This document shows, in pieces, positions 22,596-36,574 of a stretch of DNA of 64,000 nt. The position numbers were made by a program, and so were the translations under genes. Numbering within the stretch: position 1 is the stretch's first letter; each line of letters starts with the position of its first letter. The stretch lies in the NCBI RefSeq assembly GCF_006345805.1, contig NC_042999.1:52948001-53012000 (forward strand). Direction: 5' to 3'. A model generated the notes under the pieces. It made no database searches and had not been told where the DNA came from. It saw only the letters and a program-made list of their open reading frames with translations. This DNA comes from Octopus sinensis (lineage: Eukaryota).

Positions 22596-23187
22596 CCTTG
22601 TGATTGGATTTGGTAGACGGAAACTGAAAGAAGCCTGTCGTATATATGTATATATATATATATATATGTATATATTTCGTAATATACGCACATGTTTTTA
22701 TGTGATACTAATAGTTTCATATATTGAGAAATACCTGAATCATATTTTACTTTTTTAGATTTTTAACTTTCATCTTTTCGTTTTCCGGTTTTCCGGTATT
22801 TAATCTTCCACGTTTTCTATATGCTTTCTTCTCAATTACTCATGTTTCTTCTCTCATTCAAGTTTTAGTTCGTCATATGTGGTTTGTGCCTAATGAATAT
22901 GTTTGAGATATTTCTCGACATCATTAGCACTAGTAGCACAGGAAAGGACAATTGTTAGTTTTTATATATTTATATACACGTAGTTGTACATTTAGCTTTA
23001 TAGCTTCCAAAATTGCGGTTCAATTTGTCAGTGAGCAGTTTAGCTTAGCCGTGAAGGGATGTGGGATCGAGTCCCATGGCGGTTTGTTGACAAACTTTTC
23101 CGCTTTTTAAAGGTAATCTACCATCATTTCTACTGTTCTGACTGCGTTTCCGTGTCTGTAAATAAATTACCATCTTATTTGTATATT

Positions 23188-23263
<76 letters not shown>

Positions 23264-23439
23264 ATATATATACACACACACATATATATTATATATATAT
23301 ACAGAATTGTCCGGATATTATGACCGACAGCCACATTGCGTTATTTGTTTCTTTCTTAAGGGCAGAATCGACACACGAGGAGTATGAAGTAGACAAATCT
23401 TTATAAACATGCTTTCGGCCATTTGCTGGTGAACAACGC

Positions 23440-23582
23440 TGCAGTTTCCGTCTACCAAATTCAGTCACTAATCTGTGGTTGGCCTAGGGCTATAGTAGAA
23501 AACATTAGCCCAAGGTACCATGCTGAGGAACTGAACGTGGAACCATGTGGTTGAGAAGCAAACTTCTAAACCACACAGTCAT
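23440..23582 (-). mobile_element. SINE family A head and body
   Basis: TTTCCGTCTACCAAAT..GGCTATAGTAGAA..CCAAGGTACC..GGAACCATGTGGTTG. Confidence 0.75.
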
Positions 23583-24289
23583 TGTTGGCCCTTATAAGTG
23601 TGTGTGTATGTGTGTTTACATTTGTTGTTAAATCGAGTATTTTGTCTCACTATGTCTCAAAGTCAGCAATTCATCAAATAGAGAATATATATAAAATAAA
23701 TGTCGGATTGAAAGACGTACAGATGTCAGTATGATCAATTAAAGTTTTGAAGGTGATGCCCCATCATGGTGATCGTCGAAAAACTAAACCCAATAAAATA
23801 ATTTTTAAAGACTTAATGGCTTCAAATGTAATGTAATCTATTACTAACCACAACATAATGAGTTCGAAACTTCGTATTGAGCTTCCACTCTATACGATAA
23901 CACTATATGTACATCTCAGTCTACTTGACATCAAACAGTTAACAATTGTAGTTTGAAGTTGAATGGTTAGCAGTAACAAATATGTCCAGATTTCTTAAGG
24001 AATTATTGTGTAAAATATTCTGAGAAAAAGTATTTTTGTCACCACAACAAAACACATACACACACAGCACAGAGGTGTCTCCGTGGTATCTTGAGCTAAT
24101 ACAAATAGCAGCCAAATCTTTCTTAAAATACAGATCGAAATATGCGATCGTTCTACTACATCAGAGGCGACTCTGGATTAAACAAAACGTTGACAAACTT
24201 GCTTCACATTAAAAGGTTATCTACTAAATAATACTAATAAAGTTGACGTTATGTCTTCCAAGTTACATTCCCTGGTGAAACTCCATGTA

Positions 24290-24515
24290 GTTTAAAACTG
24301 TTCATGGAGAGTTGCTTCCCTTTAGCTAAAAACCTCACAATTGTGCGACCCTAGGGCGTTTTCGAGATATTTGTAGTAGAAAGGAGTTGTGCAAAAGGCA
24401 TACTTTATTTAGTAGCCGAAAAATGATTGAATCTTATAATGCCCCGTACGTCAAAATCGGCAACTTAGGTTTCAAATCCATAAGGAATATACGCACACAA
24501 GCACGTACACACACA

Positions 24516-24566
<51 letters not shown>

Positions 24567-24626
24567 GACACACACACACACAAATACACACACACACACT
24601 GTGATATTTTATAAAATATATAGATA
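24290..24626 (+). mobile_element. HINE-like element, 3' portion
   Basis: GAGAGTTGCTTCCCTT shared with 1945-1960; CAAAATCGG..(AC)n GACAGAC..TTTTATAAAATATATAGAT terminus. Confidence 0.55.
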
Positions 24627-24743
24627 TCTATTACACACAAATAAAGAATATTTATCCATCAATGCGGTGTTTGGCACTCATTCTCATTGTTCGGCATTTA
24701 CGTATATGTGTGTATATATATGTGTGTGTATGTGTGTGTGTGC

Positions 24744-24789
<46 letters not shown>

Positions 24790-24899
24790 TTCATTCAAAA
24801 TCTTACATTCCGTCAATGCAAATCCTTACATGACAAAAAGTAATGTTGACTGGACAAGATCTGATCTTAAACTGCAAAGAGGATGAATAAACACTGAAA

Positions 24900-25740
24900 G
24901 CCCTGTCTAGCCAGCGAGCTAATAACTCTCGGAATTTGAAGTCTAAAAACCAGTAAATGTTGGAATATTTGAAGTTGGGCAATATTCTTCTACCAATTTT
25001 ATTGTGACTTCAAAAACTCTCAAAAGCTTTCTTTCTTATATCCTTTGGATAGATATTAAATAGAGAAGACAACGGATATCTCCTTGTCGTGCACTAGCCT
25101 CTATCAGACAATTCCGTGAAGTCCACTTCATTTCTGACAGTTGCTGTTTGCTGAGAATACAGTGATTTAATAATTCTATAAAACATACAGGAAATACTAT
25201 TCTAGCTATCACTGACCATAATTTGTCATGAACAGCTTCGTCAAAAGCGTTCGTGATAATAAAAACGCAATGAATAATTCTTCATCATATTCTCTACTTT
25301 TCTGAATAACCGTCTTTAGGTTAAGAATAACATCCCTCATTTCATTTCTACTTCTAAACCAAACTGTTTCGCAGCTATTTTCATTCATTTTTGACTTCAG
25401 TTCTGTCAGCAATGATTTTTCAGAATTTTTTCCCATGATTTATCAGCGCCAGTATTCTGTTGTTCCCCCACTACATTATGTTTGCTTTTTTGGCAAGGAG
25501 ATAAAAATTGATTTACTCCGCTCATTTGGCCATAAATTTCAGTTTCAGATATTTCTTGTTCACAGACACTCTTATAATTTCAAACGGGTCTCTTAGCCAT
25601 TTTTTTCAACGTTCTGTTGCTATTTTATCCAAAACGACACTTGATTTTTTAAATATTTTCACTTCAGATTTTTCTCTCTCTATTCTCTCTATTTACTCTA
25701 CATTTTATGTGTTGTTGTGTTGCATTTAAGTGCTTGTATA
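24900..25740 (-). mobile_element. RTE-clade LINE RT relic
   Basis: WFRSRNEMRDVILNLKTVIQKSREYDEELFIAF resembles GFR.GR.TRD.I.NLR.I.EK.REY...L...F; downstream ARQG..LS..FNIY-like segment. Confidence 0.65.
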
Positions 25741-26449
25741 GTGTGTATTCTGTGTATGTGATGTGTTCATGTGTTTTGCTTTATATTTTCCAATCGTTTG
25801 AATTCGGTTTGGTTCTGCTAGAAACAAGACCTCTGGTGATTGAGTAATCCTATTCTTTTGAGCCAGATGATTAGTGCAGAGTTGGAGGAATTATACAAGT
25901 ATGCCTGGATAAGAGTGAGAAGATTTAATTCGAAAATAGCAAATTGATCAGAGGATTTAGAAATATTATGTTTTCCACTGTTAATCGTTCTGTTTGATAT
26001 AATTTCGAAACCTGATGGTAAATACACAGCTTTTAAGTTAGCACTAACCAGTAATTTGTTCTCATTAAATAACATAAGTGGATGTCCAGGGAAACAGATC
26101 ATGGAATACAGTGAATTAGATATGTATATTAAATGCAGCGCTGGAGGGGCTGATTCCACGGAGAGTATAAGACAACGAATAAAACATTCAAGAGAGAAAC
26201 TGCTAACAGAATGAAGGTACAGATCGGTTGTAGAGAGGAAGAATTTTAAGTAAATCGGGGATGTGGCTTAGCATAAACAGGACTTTGCATTTGCACCATA
26301 CTTTAAATATACCGTATCAAAAGAATATATCGAGGACAGATGTACAGAACCGAGAATAACTGGGAAGGGTTGTGACTGTGGTCTACATTGTTACATTACA
26401 TAGTTTATACAAGTACAGAAACCAAATTGAATTCGGGAGCGTCTTATTA

Positions 26450-27720
26450 ACCTACGCCAGGAAACACTTTGATGCCTAATCAATAGAAGCAGCCAGCTGA
26501 CATAAGTAGAGACAAATTGAATACTTAGAAATGAAGTCACTCACATAATTAAGAATTTGAAGCCAATTAAACGAAATAGAATCACCGGCAATTTACACGA
26601 ATGAATAATCAAAGAACATGATTATATTAAATCATAAAACCTATCTCTTTTATATTTTAAATTTAAATCAAAATTGAAAATTTTCATCCTTATGTTATAA
26701 TGAAGCGAAGGGAAAGTTTAAAACGGCAAAAACAACTATGAAACATACAAAAATATATGAATGATGCATTAAGAAGTTTCCAAGTAAGAAAAAATATGTA
26801 AGCCATTGTTTTGTAAATCTTTTAATGGAAAGACAGTATGTGCTTAGTAAATCATTTCAGAGGAAAGTGAGTAAACAGATTAAAATACACCAGTCACCTA
26901 AATATAGCTGCCAAATTGTATAATCATAGTGAAGCAGTTATAGATATAATTGTTTTATTTATCATACTGCGATAGCATATTCTGGATCAACACTTTGAGT
27001 TTAAAAACTTAATTCACTACATAAATCACAGTATCCAATTCACAGAAAAATACAGGCAGAAACAATTACCGTCTTTCGATATCCTTATCCTAAAAAGAGA
27101 AACTGACATTGAAACGAAAATTTTTGCTCAAAACAATATCTACTCTTTCCTTCCTGCCATTCGAAACAGACAAAAATCAGAATAACTTGGCAACAAGAAT
27201 TTACACAATTTTATCCAATGCCGAAACCTGAAGACATATTGATTAAAATAAAATATCTGGTGAACTTAATCAATAACTGAACAGAACGTGTAAAAGACGA
27301 TAGACATCCAAGAATTACAAAAAACACGAAAATGTCCCGATAGACATACAACTTTATTTTATGCATCAAAATGCAATCCACGAAACATGGAATCATATAT
27401 CTCCATGAGAACATAACCCTTCTGGTGAACCATGTAGGAATGAAAAAAAAACTCTCGTAACACATAAAATTATCAAAACTAAATGACAAACTAAATCTCT
27501 AGAAAGGCTACATATTAGCGCCAATTTACCCACCAAAAATACAAGCCCAACAGGCAAAAAAGATAACCATCCTAATTATGGAATCTGCATCAATCTCATG
27601 GTTGCTTATAGATACGAATTCACGTCAGGGCAACCATTCACCATTTACTGTTGTAGAAATTTATTTATGTTGTTTCAAATATAAGCACTGACAAAAAAAA
27701 ATTATGGACAATAATATGTC
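26450..27720 (+). mobile_element. Degraded Penelope-like element (RT end and GIY-YIG linker)
   Basis: IQFTEKYRQKQLPSFDILILKRETDIET and HPNYGICINLM..YEFTSGQPFTI are homologous to the 33.1-33.8 kb element. Confidence 0.7.
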
Positions 27721-27799
27721 CTCTGCATACTCCGATATTCAGTAACTGATGATTTTATCGTGTGATAATTGAATATTCTTTGAAATTGAAAAGCAAATC

Positions 27800-28700
27800 T
27801 TTTCAAAGGAAGATGTACTCATGCCTTAAATGGATAAAGGTATCTCATACCAAGAACAACCACTGACCAGTCCCTGCGTCGACTTTAGAATCGGAATCTC
27901 TTGGCCTGTCCTAGCTCGCTGTCCTACCTTGCTGTTCGTACTAAAACGCATAAAGTGTGGTAAAATTTATTCCTAAATTCGAAATTAGAACTTAAATATC
28001 TTGCGAACATTTCTCTCACATAATATCAACACTTCCAGCGTGTAACAGATCAAGTACTGTCCGGTTACAAAGGATCACTCTGGATATCCACAAATATGAA
28101 GAAATAGAGAAATCATTAGCAGAATGCCCACGAATGAACCTCGATGCTTCACAATGGAAGGTAGAACAATGATAAAGAAAGCATCCGCGCCGGAGAAATT
28201 CACTGCTTTTCTGACAGTGACATTTGACCTAGACGAATTTTGTGAGGCCAGTCTGGCAGAATGTAGGAATAACATAAATTTGGGATAGAAGAGCAGCGGA
28301 TCGGAGGCATATGCGGTTGACCTAAATTCGGTTAAATGACACATTTATGGTCAACTTCAACCAAGAGCTAACTGCTTTTGATAAATAGATCAGGGCATTA
28401 AGAGTTTTCATGAAAAATTAGATCTGTGTGACTTAGATAAGTGCTTGCTCACTTTCAGCAATCCATAATTCAATAATTTATCCTGATGGTGCAAATAGGC
28501 AAGGTTAATAATCATGTGCCACATATTCCAGAGAATCGCGCAAAGCTGGTGTTAGTCACATGACACTGAGATTGCCGCAAGTAATTTTGTTATCCGAGGA
28601 GAGTGTCTTCATTATGATAACTCCTAGAAAGAAAAGAGAGCGCCCTGCATGTAACCACACTCATTGAACCTACATCTTGACTATATCATAAATTGAACTG
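27800..28700 (-). pseudogene. Possible very old LINE relic
   Basis: Fragmentary RTE-like C-terminal similarity; not robust. Confidence 0.2.
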
Positions 28701-29179
28701 AACTGGAATGATTTATACATTATAAGGGTGATGAGGATGACAATGTGTAACACAAGATGTCCCCAAACGTTCCGTTCAACAATAAGCTTTAGACTAATCT
28801 ACAAGCAGAACTTAAACGGACATCAAGAGAGTTTTTTCACTCAACTAAAGTAAGCCGATAGATCAGAATATTTCTAAGCGGGAAAAGACAAACATTTGAC
28901 TGGAAAACGTAACACCATACACTATGTATGTGCGATTGGATGACACCTGGCTACAGGAATTAATTAGTCACAGCCAGGTCTGTTCAAATGGTGCCAAGGG
29001 TGGTTGGCTTCTTAGAATTATATCAGAATAATGGAGGAAACAAAGTCGAAAGATCATAGAGAGACATTTTGTTTATTTGACCGATTTGATTGAAATGAAA
29101 TAAGATCGGAAAAGTGAGAGACGTGAGCATAGATCTGTGAGTAGCATATACGGTTGAGAAGAAAATGAGAGATGAAGAG

Positions 29180-29282
29180 GACAACAATGACGATGATAAT
29201 GATGATGAGGATGACGATGACGACGACGACGACGACGATGATGATGATGATGATGTTTGATGACGATGATGATGAGCAGCAG
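29180..29282. repeat. (GAT)/(GAC)n microsatellite
   Basis: Direct read. Confidence 0.95.
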
Positions 29283-29329
29283 GAGAAGGAAGAGCATATT
29301 TTTCCAAGAGAGATGTATGCTACCGTTGT

Positions 29330-29830
29330 TTAAATCTCGATTGTTATGTTGGAAGCTGCCTTCATCAAAGGAAGGCCAATCTTACTTGTTCCAAGAGCTT
29401 TTTCTTACTTTCCATTATTGATGCACGATACGTGAGATACATTTTTCTTTCTTTCTGTTTCTCTCCTAATACAAGATATTCTCATTTATGTCTGCTTCCT
29501 TGAATCTCAACATTGTTTGCTTCGTCAAATCCATCTTTTTACTCCCCCAAACTCTTTCCCCCTACGTATGTCTTTGAACATCTTTCATCATTTTACCATT
29601 GCCTATCTTTCAACATTCTTCTTCTTCATTCTATCAAACTTATTCTCTCCTAACTTAACAGTGATTATCTTTCAATTTCTTTCAAATTATTCCATAAAAC
29701 TTATCTATTTGTCTACCTACCCGCGTATTGTTTGCCATTCTCTATTTTCCTGTTTCCTTTACTTCCGACTACAGCCGTCAATATTACTTCCTTCCCGAAA
29801 ATAATACATATGTGAAACAAATCATGCTTT
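29330..29830 (-). pseudogene. Possible RTE-like 3' coding relic
   Basis: Interrupted HIRKH..I.G..EK..ERKMY segment resembling an RTE C-terminus. Confidence 0.25.
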
Positions 29831-30109
29831 TCCTTCATCTGAAGGTTAATAAAGACAAAGAAACCCCAGAAATATTTCATTTCAGAACATTAAGTGCAAT
29901 GCACAAGCAATTTTAAAGGAGGTCATTGTATACGGCAACTAGCAGACACAAACACTCACACACATAGACATACACATACACACGCACGCATAAACACATA
30001 CACATGCATACATACATATGTACGCACACAGACAAGTACATTTATTCTACATATTGGAAAGAACACACGCATACATGCGCATATATATATATATATAAAA
30101 AAATAAATG

Positions 30110-30508
<399 letters not shown>

Positions 30509-31063
30509 TCGTAATGAGATAAATAAAAAACAAGGTTGTGTAGATTTTAGAACATTTATAGAAAGAAGGTCTTACAGCTGTTTCCAGGATATTTATTATA
30601 TCCGTTCATCGGAAACGGCGTGAAAGGATGGTTAAGAAATATTTGATTTAGATAAGATATAAAATAGAGTGTGAGGTGCAGGAAATGAAAGACAATAGTT
30701 GTGAGATATGTAGGGATATTGCATTTGTAGATCCATTTTTTTAGGCAGAATGGCATACATATAATATTCCAATACCTTATGAATAAAATCCAATAGTATT
30801 TAAAATGGGTCATACAAGGGTTATACAAGGGTTTTATTTAAAGTGACCGCAAAATAGGAGTGTATTAATAGGGACAAATCGAAACAGGAAGAGGGGAATG
30901 AAGAAAGAGAAAATGAAGAGAAAAAAGAGAAGAAAGTAAGAAGAAAAATAATATAATAATATATTTATATATATCATATATATTATTTTATAATACCTAT
31001 ATATATATATGAAAAAACAAGTAAAAAATAGAAAATGCTAAAATAATTTTATAGTGAACATTT

Positions 31064-31101
31064 CAGTACCGGTTTCGGTCATTTTGAGACCTTTTCAACT
31101 G
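31064..31101 (-). ncRNA. Minimal hammerhead ribozyme motif, U3-A8 core variant (inverted copy)
   Basis: CAG TTGAAAA GGTC tcaaaat GACC GAAA CCGG TA / CTG. Confidence 0.7.
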
Positions 31102-31141
31102 TAACGATTAACTGTAAGATATCAACGAAGAAATTCGCAAA

Positions 31142-33600
31142 ATGACCCAAGGCCCATATCAAGAGAAGTTCTCCAAACTATGGAAAGAGGACTGTGAAAA
31201 GGAAGAACTAAAATCTCTCCAACGCTGGGAGAAAAGCGCCACTTGGTTCTCAGACTATGAAGCCGTCTTTCAAACAGAGCATGCCTCCAACAACCCTTTC
31301 CAGAAAATAAGAAAACCAAAACAACACCCAAACACCGATACACACCTGTCTAAAAATCGGAACCTTCACTACTATCAAAAAAAGAATACAGGACCTAACC
31401 CTAACTCTGTAAGCAGCCAGCGATACAATATCAGGAATACCCCCACTTCAAGCAGAGAAAGGATAATCAACACCCACAGCATAGACACTGCAACCTCATC
31501 CCCACCCAAAGGAGTTACCAACGAAATCTTCGTCCCATTACCGGTTAAACAACCATGCACAACAAACCACACCACTTGCAATGATTACCAACGAAGGCCT
31601 CCTAGAACACCACACCCGAATATGGGATATCGGGATGCTCTCCTTTAATACTGCTCCAAGAACACACACCATAAATCACAACAGGAGACCCCTAATCAAC
31701 AAAGAACAACTATATACTAGCTACCGTCCCAACCACCGCATTCATTTTGTAGACCCAATACGCAAACACAGAGACACAAGATAGCACCAAACAAGCAGGA
31801 GGAACCAAAAGTAATAAAAATTATTAATCTAACTCACAAGGAACTAACAGCAAACCAAATAAACATACTTTCCAAGGGACTCAAGTTTACACCCACCCCA
31901 CAACACCCCAACTACAATGAAATGAAAGAAGACATCGCAGAATTCTGCAGAAAATTAAGACTTACTGAGGAGCTATACGATAAATACAACGAGGACGAAT
32001 CGTTAGCCAGAAATAGGAGTAACTACACCCCCTCGAAAGGTAAGAATAAAACACTTGATGATTTCTGTGACCACATATCAAATTATCCATATCAACATAT
32101 GCACAAACAAAAACACAAACCAAACTTCAGCAAAAAAGATTGGGCTGAGTTGAACAAATTAAAACTAGATAAAACAATAACAATCAAAGAGGCCGATAAG
32201 GGAGTGCTGTTGTCTTAATGGATACGACATTTTACATAACTTTGGTACTTTCTATGCTGGAAGACACAACATACTATGAAAAGGCACAAAACTACAGTCA
32301 ACAAAAAATAATGAGGGAACTAAAATCCATATTAAACCCATACAAAGCAGGGCTAACCGACAAAGAATATGATTATATGACCAATTTCACAAGTAAAACT
32401 AGCCAATTCTACGGTATACCTAAGATCCACAAAAGTGAAAAAATAAGCAACGCATGCAAGATAGCTACAGACAAAATAATTAAAGTCCCTAATCCTAATG
32501 ACCTCAAATTGAGACCCATAATAGCAGGTCCCGCATGCGAAACCCACCGCCTCAGTAACTTTTTAGACACCCTGTTAAAACCACTCCTCAAACATGTCAA
32601 AAGCTATATAAGGGACGACTTAGATATGCTCAATCACCTACCGAATACTATAAACAAAAACACCATACTGGTATCCTTCGATGTAGTCAACCTCTACTCC
32701 AATATCCCCCACAACCTAGGACTAGAGGCAATCCAATTCTGGCTAGAGAATCACGCCAACGAACTACCACACCGCATCAAAAAGAATTTGTGATAGAAGG
32801 GGTTAAATTCATCCTGGAAAATAACTTCTTCGTCTTCAATGACAACTTCTACCGACAAAAATCGGGGACTGCGATGGGTACACGAATGGCCCCCTCCTTT
32901 GCCAACCTAGTCATAGGATACCTAGAGATCAGTCTGTATCGTAAGGTTCTAGAAAGATATGGCAGCCCTTTCTCCATCTACATAGAAAACAACTGGAAGA
33001 GATATCTAGATGACTGTTTCATCCTTTGGCATAAAAATATAGAAAAACTCATAGAATTCCAGAAAATTTTAAACGGACTGGACGTAAACATCCAATTCAC
33101 GATGGAATATAGCCAACAACAACTCCCCTTCCTCGATATCCTCATTAAGAAAGCTAATAATATAATAGAAACAGACATATACTATAAGCCTACAGACTCT
33201 AAGCAATATCTTCCATTCAATTCATGCCACCCCAGACACACCAGGATGAATATCCCCTTCAATCTAGCAAAAGGATATGCACTATAGTCTCTAACGCAAA
33301 CACCAGAGACGCACGACTACAAGAACTAAAAGATACCCTAATCACCAGGAACTATCCACCTTCACTTATTGACAAATGCATTCAACGTGCCCTTCAACTT
33401 AACATCAAGGAACTGAGACATCCCAATCAAAGAAAAACTTACAACCAAAAGCCTTACCATACATCTCCACACACAACCCTCTCAATAACGAAGCCTTCGA
33501 CACCATCTCCACGACATACCCCTCCTAAAAAAAGACCACAGAATGAACACAATCCTCCAAACCCACACGATCATAAAAAGCAAGAGACAGCCTAGATCCA
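31142..33600 (+). pseudogene. Penelope ORF: N-terminal region and reverse transcriptase (frameshifted)
   Basis: IINLTHKELTANQINILSKGLKFTPTP; EADKG; QFYGIPKIHK; LRPIIAGP; LVSFDVVNLYSNIP; GTAMGTRMAPSFANL; WKRYLDDCF; LPFLDI; SCHPRH. Confidence 0.95.
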
Positions 33601-33661
33601 TGAAAAGTCTCCTTACACAAGCCCGAATTCACTCTTCAACACAGAAGCCGACAGTAAAAAA

Positions 33662-34067
33662 TGTGGAAGACCCAATTGCGGGATATGCGACTATCTAATC
33701 GAGGGTTCTGAGTTCTCCTTCAAACAGGGACAACGTTTTACAGTGAAAAGCAACTTCACATGTGCTTCGGAGAACCTAATATACTCACTAACCTGCTCCG
33801 GGTGTCAAGAGCAGTACATAGGCCAAACAAAAATGGTTTGCGTAAACGAATGGCCCTGCACAGATCCCAGATAAAAATTCCCTAAAACAGAAAAATAGCT
33901 TTTAGCCAACACATAGATACTTGCGCCATAAAAAAACACCAAACTTCAGAATTTTCCCCCTCTACCAATTTAGGGACGATACAACCTCGAGACAACGAAT
34001 AAGTAAAGAAAATCTCTTTATTACAAAATACAAGCCACTTCTTAACGGGTCTACGACAAACAATTAA
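33662..34067 (+). pseudogene. Penelope GIY-YIG endonuclease with Cys-rich linker (frameshifted)
   Basis: CGRPNCGICDYL..FTCASENLIYSLTCSGCQEQYIGQTK / NGLRKRMALHRSQIK; stop at 34067. Confidence 0.9.
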
Positions 34068-34169
34068 TATACCTCAACTTTAGAATAAAAGAAAAAAATA
34101 TATATACACACACAAATACTACACTCCATAGAATCCATTACTAATCAGCCCCTTCATAGCTATATTTAC

Positions 34170-34445
34170 ACCCATTCATATTCTCCCTTCTCTGTTTTTT
34201 TCTTCTTCTTCTTCTTCCTCTCCTTCTTCATCATCATCGTTATCATCATCATCGGCATCATCATCATCGCCACCATCATCACCACCATCTTCTCCTTCTC
34301 CTCCTTCTTCTTCTTCTTCTTCTTCATCATCATCGTTATCATCATCATCGTCGTCATAATCATCACCACCATCACCATCATCGTCATCTTCTCCTTCTCC
34401 TTCTCCTTCTTCTTCTTCTTCTTCTTCTTCTTCTTCTTCTTCTCC
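34170..34445. repeat. Compound (CTT)/(ATC)n microsatellite within the Penelope 3' region
   Basis: Direct read. Confidence 0.95.
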
Positions 34446-34794
34446 ACCCCTACCCCTTAAGTTTGTCACTAATGTTTTTTAGTATAACACCTACGCTAAT
34501 TCTATAAACAAGCCTGTCAATATAAATATTCTCCTGAATTGAACTGAGACTGCCAGCCGCCACTGACCATTCAAAATACGACCATCAGGGCACTCCCAGA
34601 TTCTCCCACCCCCCTTTCCTCACCAGCCTTCCCTCTACTACCCTACCAAGAACTCACAACTACCTCGAACACACAAGTGCAAACAAGGGAGTCAGAGAAA
34701 GGCAGAATGCCACTTAAATCTGAACACTACTATAGAAATATTCTTTTAAAAAACTTTTCTTCTAATTTTTCTAAATTTAATTATTTAATCGTTA

Positions 34795-34832
34795 CAGTTG
34801 AAAAGGTCTCAAAATGACCGAAACCGGTACTG
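34795..34832 (+). ncRNA. Minimal hammerhead ribozyme motif, U3-A8 core variant
   Basis: CAG TTGAAAA GGTC tcaaaat GACC GAAA CCGG TA / CTG; stem I extends CGTT-a-CAG / CTG-a-AATG. Confidence 0.75.
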
Positions 34833-34917
34833 AAATGTTCACTATAAAATTATTTTAGCATTTTCTATTTTTACTTGTTTTTTCATATATATCAACTCGT
34901 GTGTTCCTTTTCACCTT

Positions 34918-34994
<77 letters not shown>

Positions 34995-35225
34995 GGCATT
35001 TATTTAAGCTTAATGCTTCTGGGGATCATGGTGCAATAAGGAAAATAGTCAGTTGATGGGGCATTTATGCCCTTGAGGGTTTATATGCCTCATTTGTAGA
35101 ATATTTTCCGTAGTCCTTGCACGGTGATCGCTATAAGCTTTAAGCTTATATAGATTCCTTTATTATAATTTATATGTTTGCAAAACACGGCACCGCGTAA
35201 GAAAATCATTCGCACCAAAAGCATA
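34995..35225. mobile_element. Degenerate fold-back element (family of 55654-55868); duplicated at 36157-36388
   Basis: GTGCAATAAGGAAAATAGTC..GCCCT / AGGG..TATTTTCCGTAG..GCACGGTGATCGCTATAAGCTTTAAGCTTATATA. Confidence 0.7.
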
Positions 35226-35368
35226 TACATATACATACATACATATATATGTATACATGCATATATAGACAAGAACTATATATGTGGTCTTCAATTATAC
35301 TTTATTATTACCATTATTATATTATTATTATCATTATTATTATTATTATATTATTATTATTATTATTA

Positions 35369-35407
<39 letters not shown>

Positions 35408-35447
35408 CATTTTATTATTATTATAATAATAATTATTATTATTATTC

Positions 35448-35563
35448 AGTAGCCTTATTTTTATAGCGTGCTTTCACTTCACTACCGAGCGCAGCTCTGT
35501 GTGCCTTAGGTATGTGCTGTGATTTGTTGTGATGGTTATTGTATGGAAAGTGTTCTGCGTAGG
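35448..35563 (-). mobile_element. R4/Dong 3' tail (duplicated at 36617-36730)
   Basis: Matches 39450-39585 tail; abuts (TTA)n. Confidence 0.85.
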
Positions 35564-35959
35564 ATCTTCTTCTTCTTCTTTCTTCTTCTTCTTCTTCTTC
35601 TTCTTCTCTCCACCCCTACCCCTTAAGTTTGTCACTAATGTTTTTTAGTATAACACCTACGCTAATTCTATAAACAAGCCTGTCAATATAAATATTCTCC
35701 TGAATTGAACTGAGACTGCCAGCCGCCACTGACCATTCAAAATACGACCATCAGGGCACACCCAGATTCTCCCACCCCCTTTCCTCACCAGCCTTCCCTC
35801 TACTACCCTACCAAGAACTCACAACTACCTCGAACACACAAGTGCAAACAAGGGAGTCAGAGAAAGGCAGAATGCCACTTAAATCTGAACACTACTATAG
35901 AAATATTCTTTTAAAAAACTTTTCTTCTAATTTTTCTAAATTTAATTATTTAATCGTTA

Positions 35960-35997
35960 CAGTTGAAAAGGTCTCAAAATGACCGAAACCGGTACTG
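35960..35997 (+). ncRNA. Minimal hammerhead motif, U3-A8 variant (duplicated copy)
   Basis: Identical to 34795-34832. Confidence 0.75.
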
Positions 35998-36083
35998 AAA
36001 TGTTCACTATAAAATTATTTTAGCATTTTCTATTTTTACTTGTTTTTTCATATATATCAACTCGTGTGTTCCTTTTCACCCTT

Positions 36084-36146
<63 letters not shown>

Positions 36147-36504
36147 ATTATATATAGGCATTTATTTAAGCTTAATGCTTCTGGGGATCATGGTGCAATA
36201 AGGAAAATAGTCAGTTGATGGGGCATTTATGCCCTTGAGGGTTTATATGCCTCATTTGTAGAATATTTTCCGTAGTCCTTGCACGGTGATCGCTATAAGC
36301 TTTAAGCTTATATAGATTCCTTTATTATAATTTATATGTTTGCAAAACACGGCACCGCGTAAGAAAATCATTCGCACCAAAAGCATATACATATACATAC
36401 ATACATATATATGTATACATGCATATATATAGACAAGAACTATATATGTGGTCTTCAATTATACTTTATTATTACCATTATTATTATTATTATTATCATT
36501 ATTA

Positions 36505-36574
<70 letters not shown>

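Larger units (their letters stand above)
31005..34915 (+). mobile_element. Penelope-like retroelement with an inverted 5' copy of its 3' terminal repeat
   Basis: 31005-31110 is the reverse complement of ~34788-34893; the interior encodes Penelope N-terminal motif, RT and GIY-YIG. Confidence 0.95.

Noticed and set aside
25818-26220. Nearly open reading frames on both strands
   Set aside because: No recognisable motif, an internal stop on the plus strand, and a position between transposon relics.
31142-33600. Telomerase RT or an intact active element
   Set aside because: The GIY-YIG domain and Penelope motifs identify it as Penelope-like, and multiple frameshifts make this copy non-functional as assembled.
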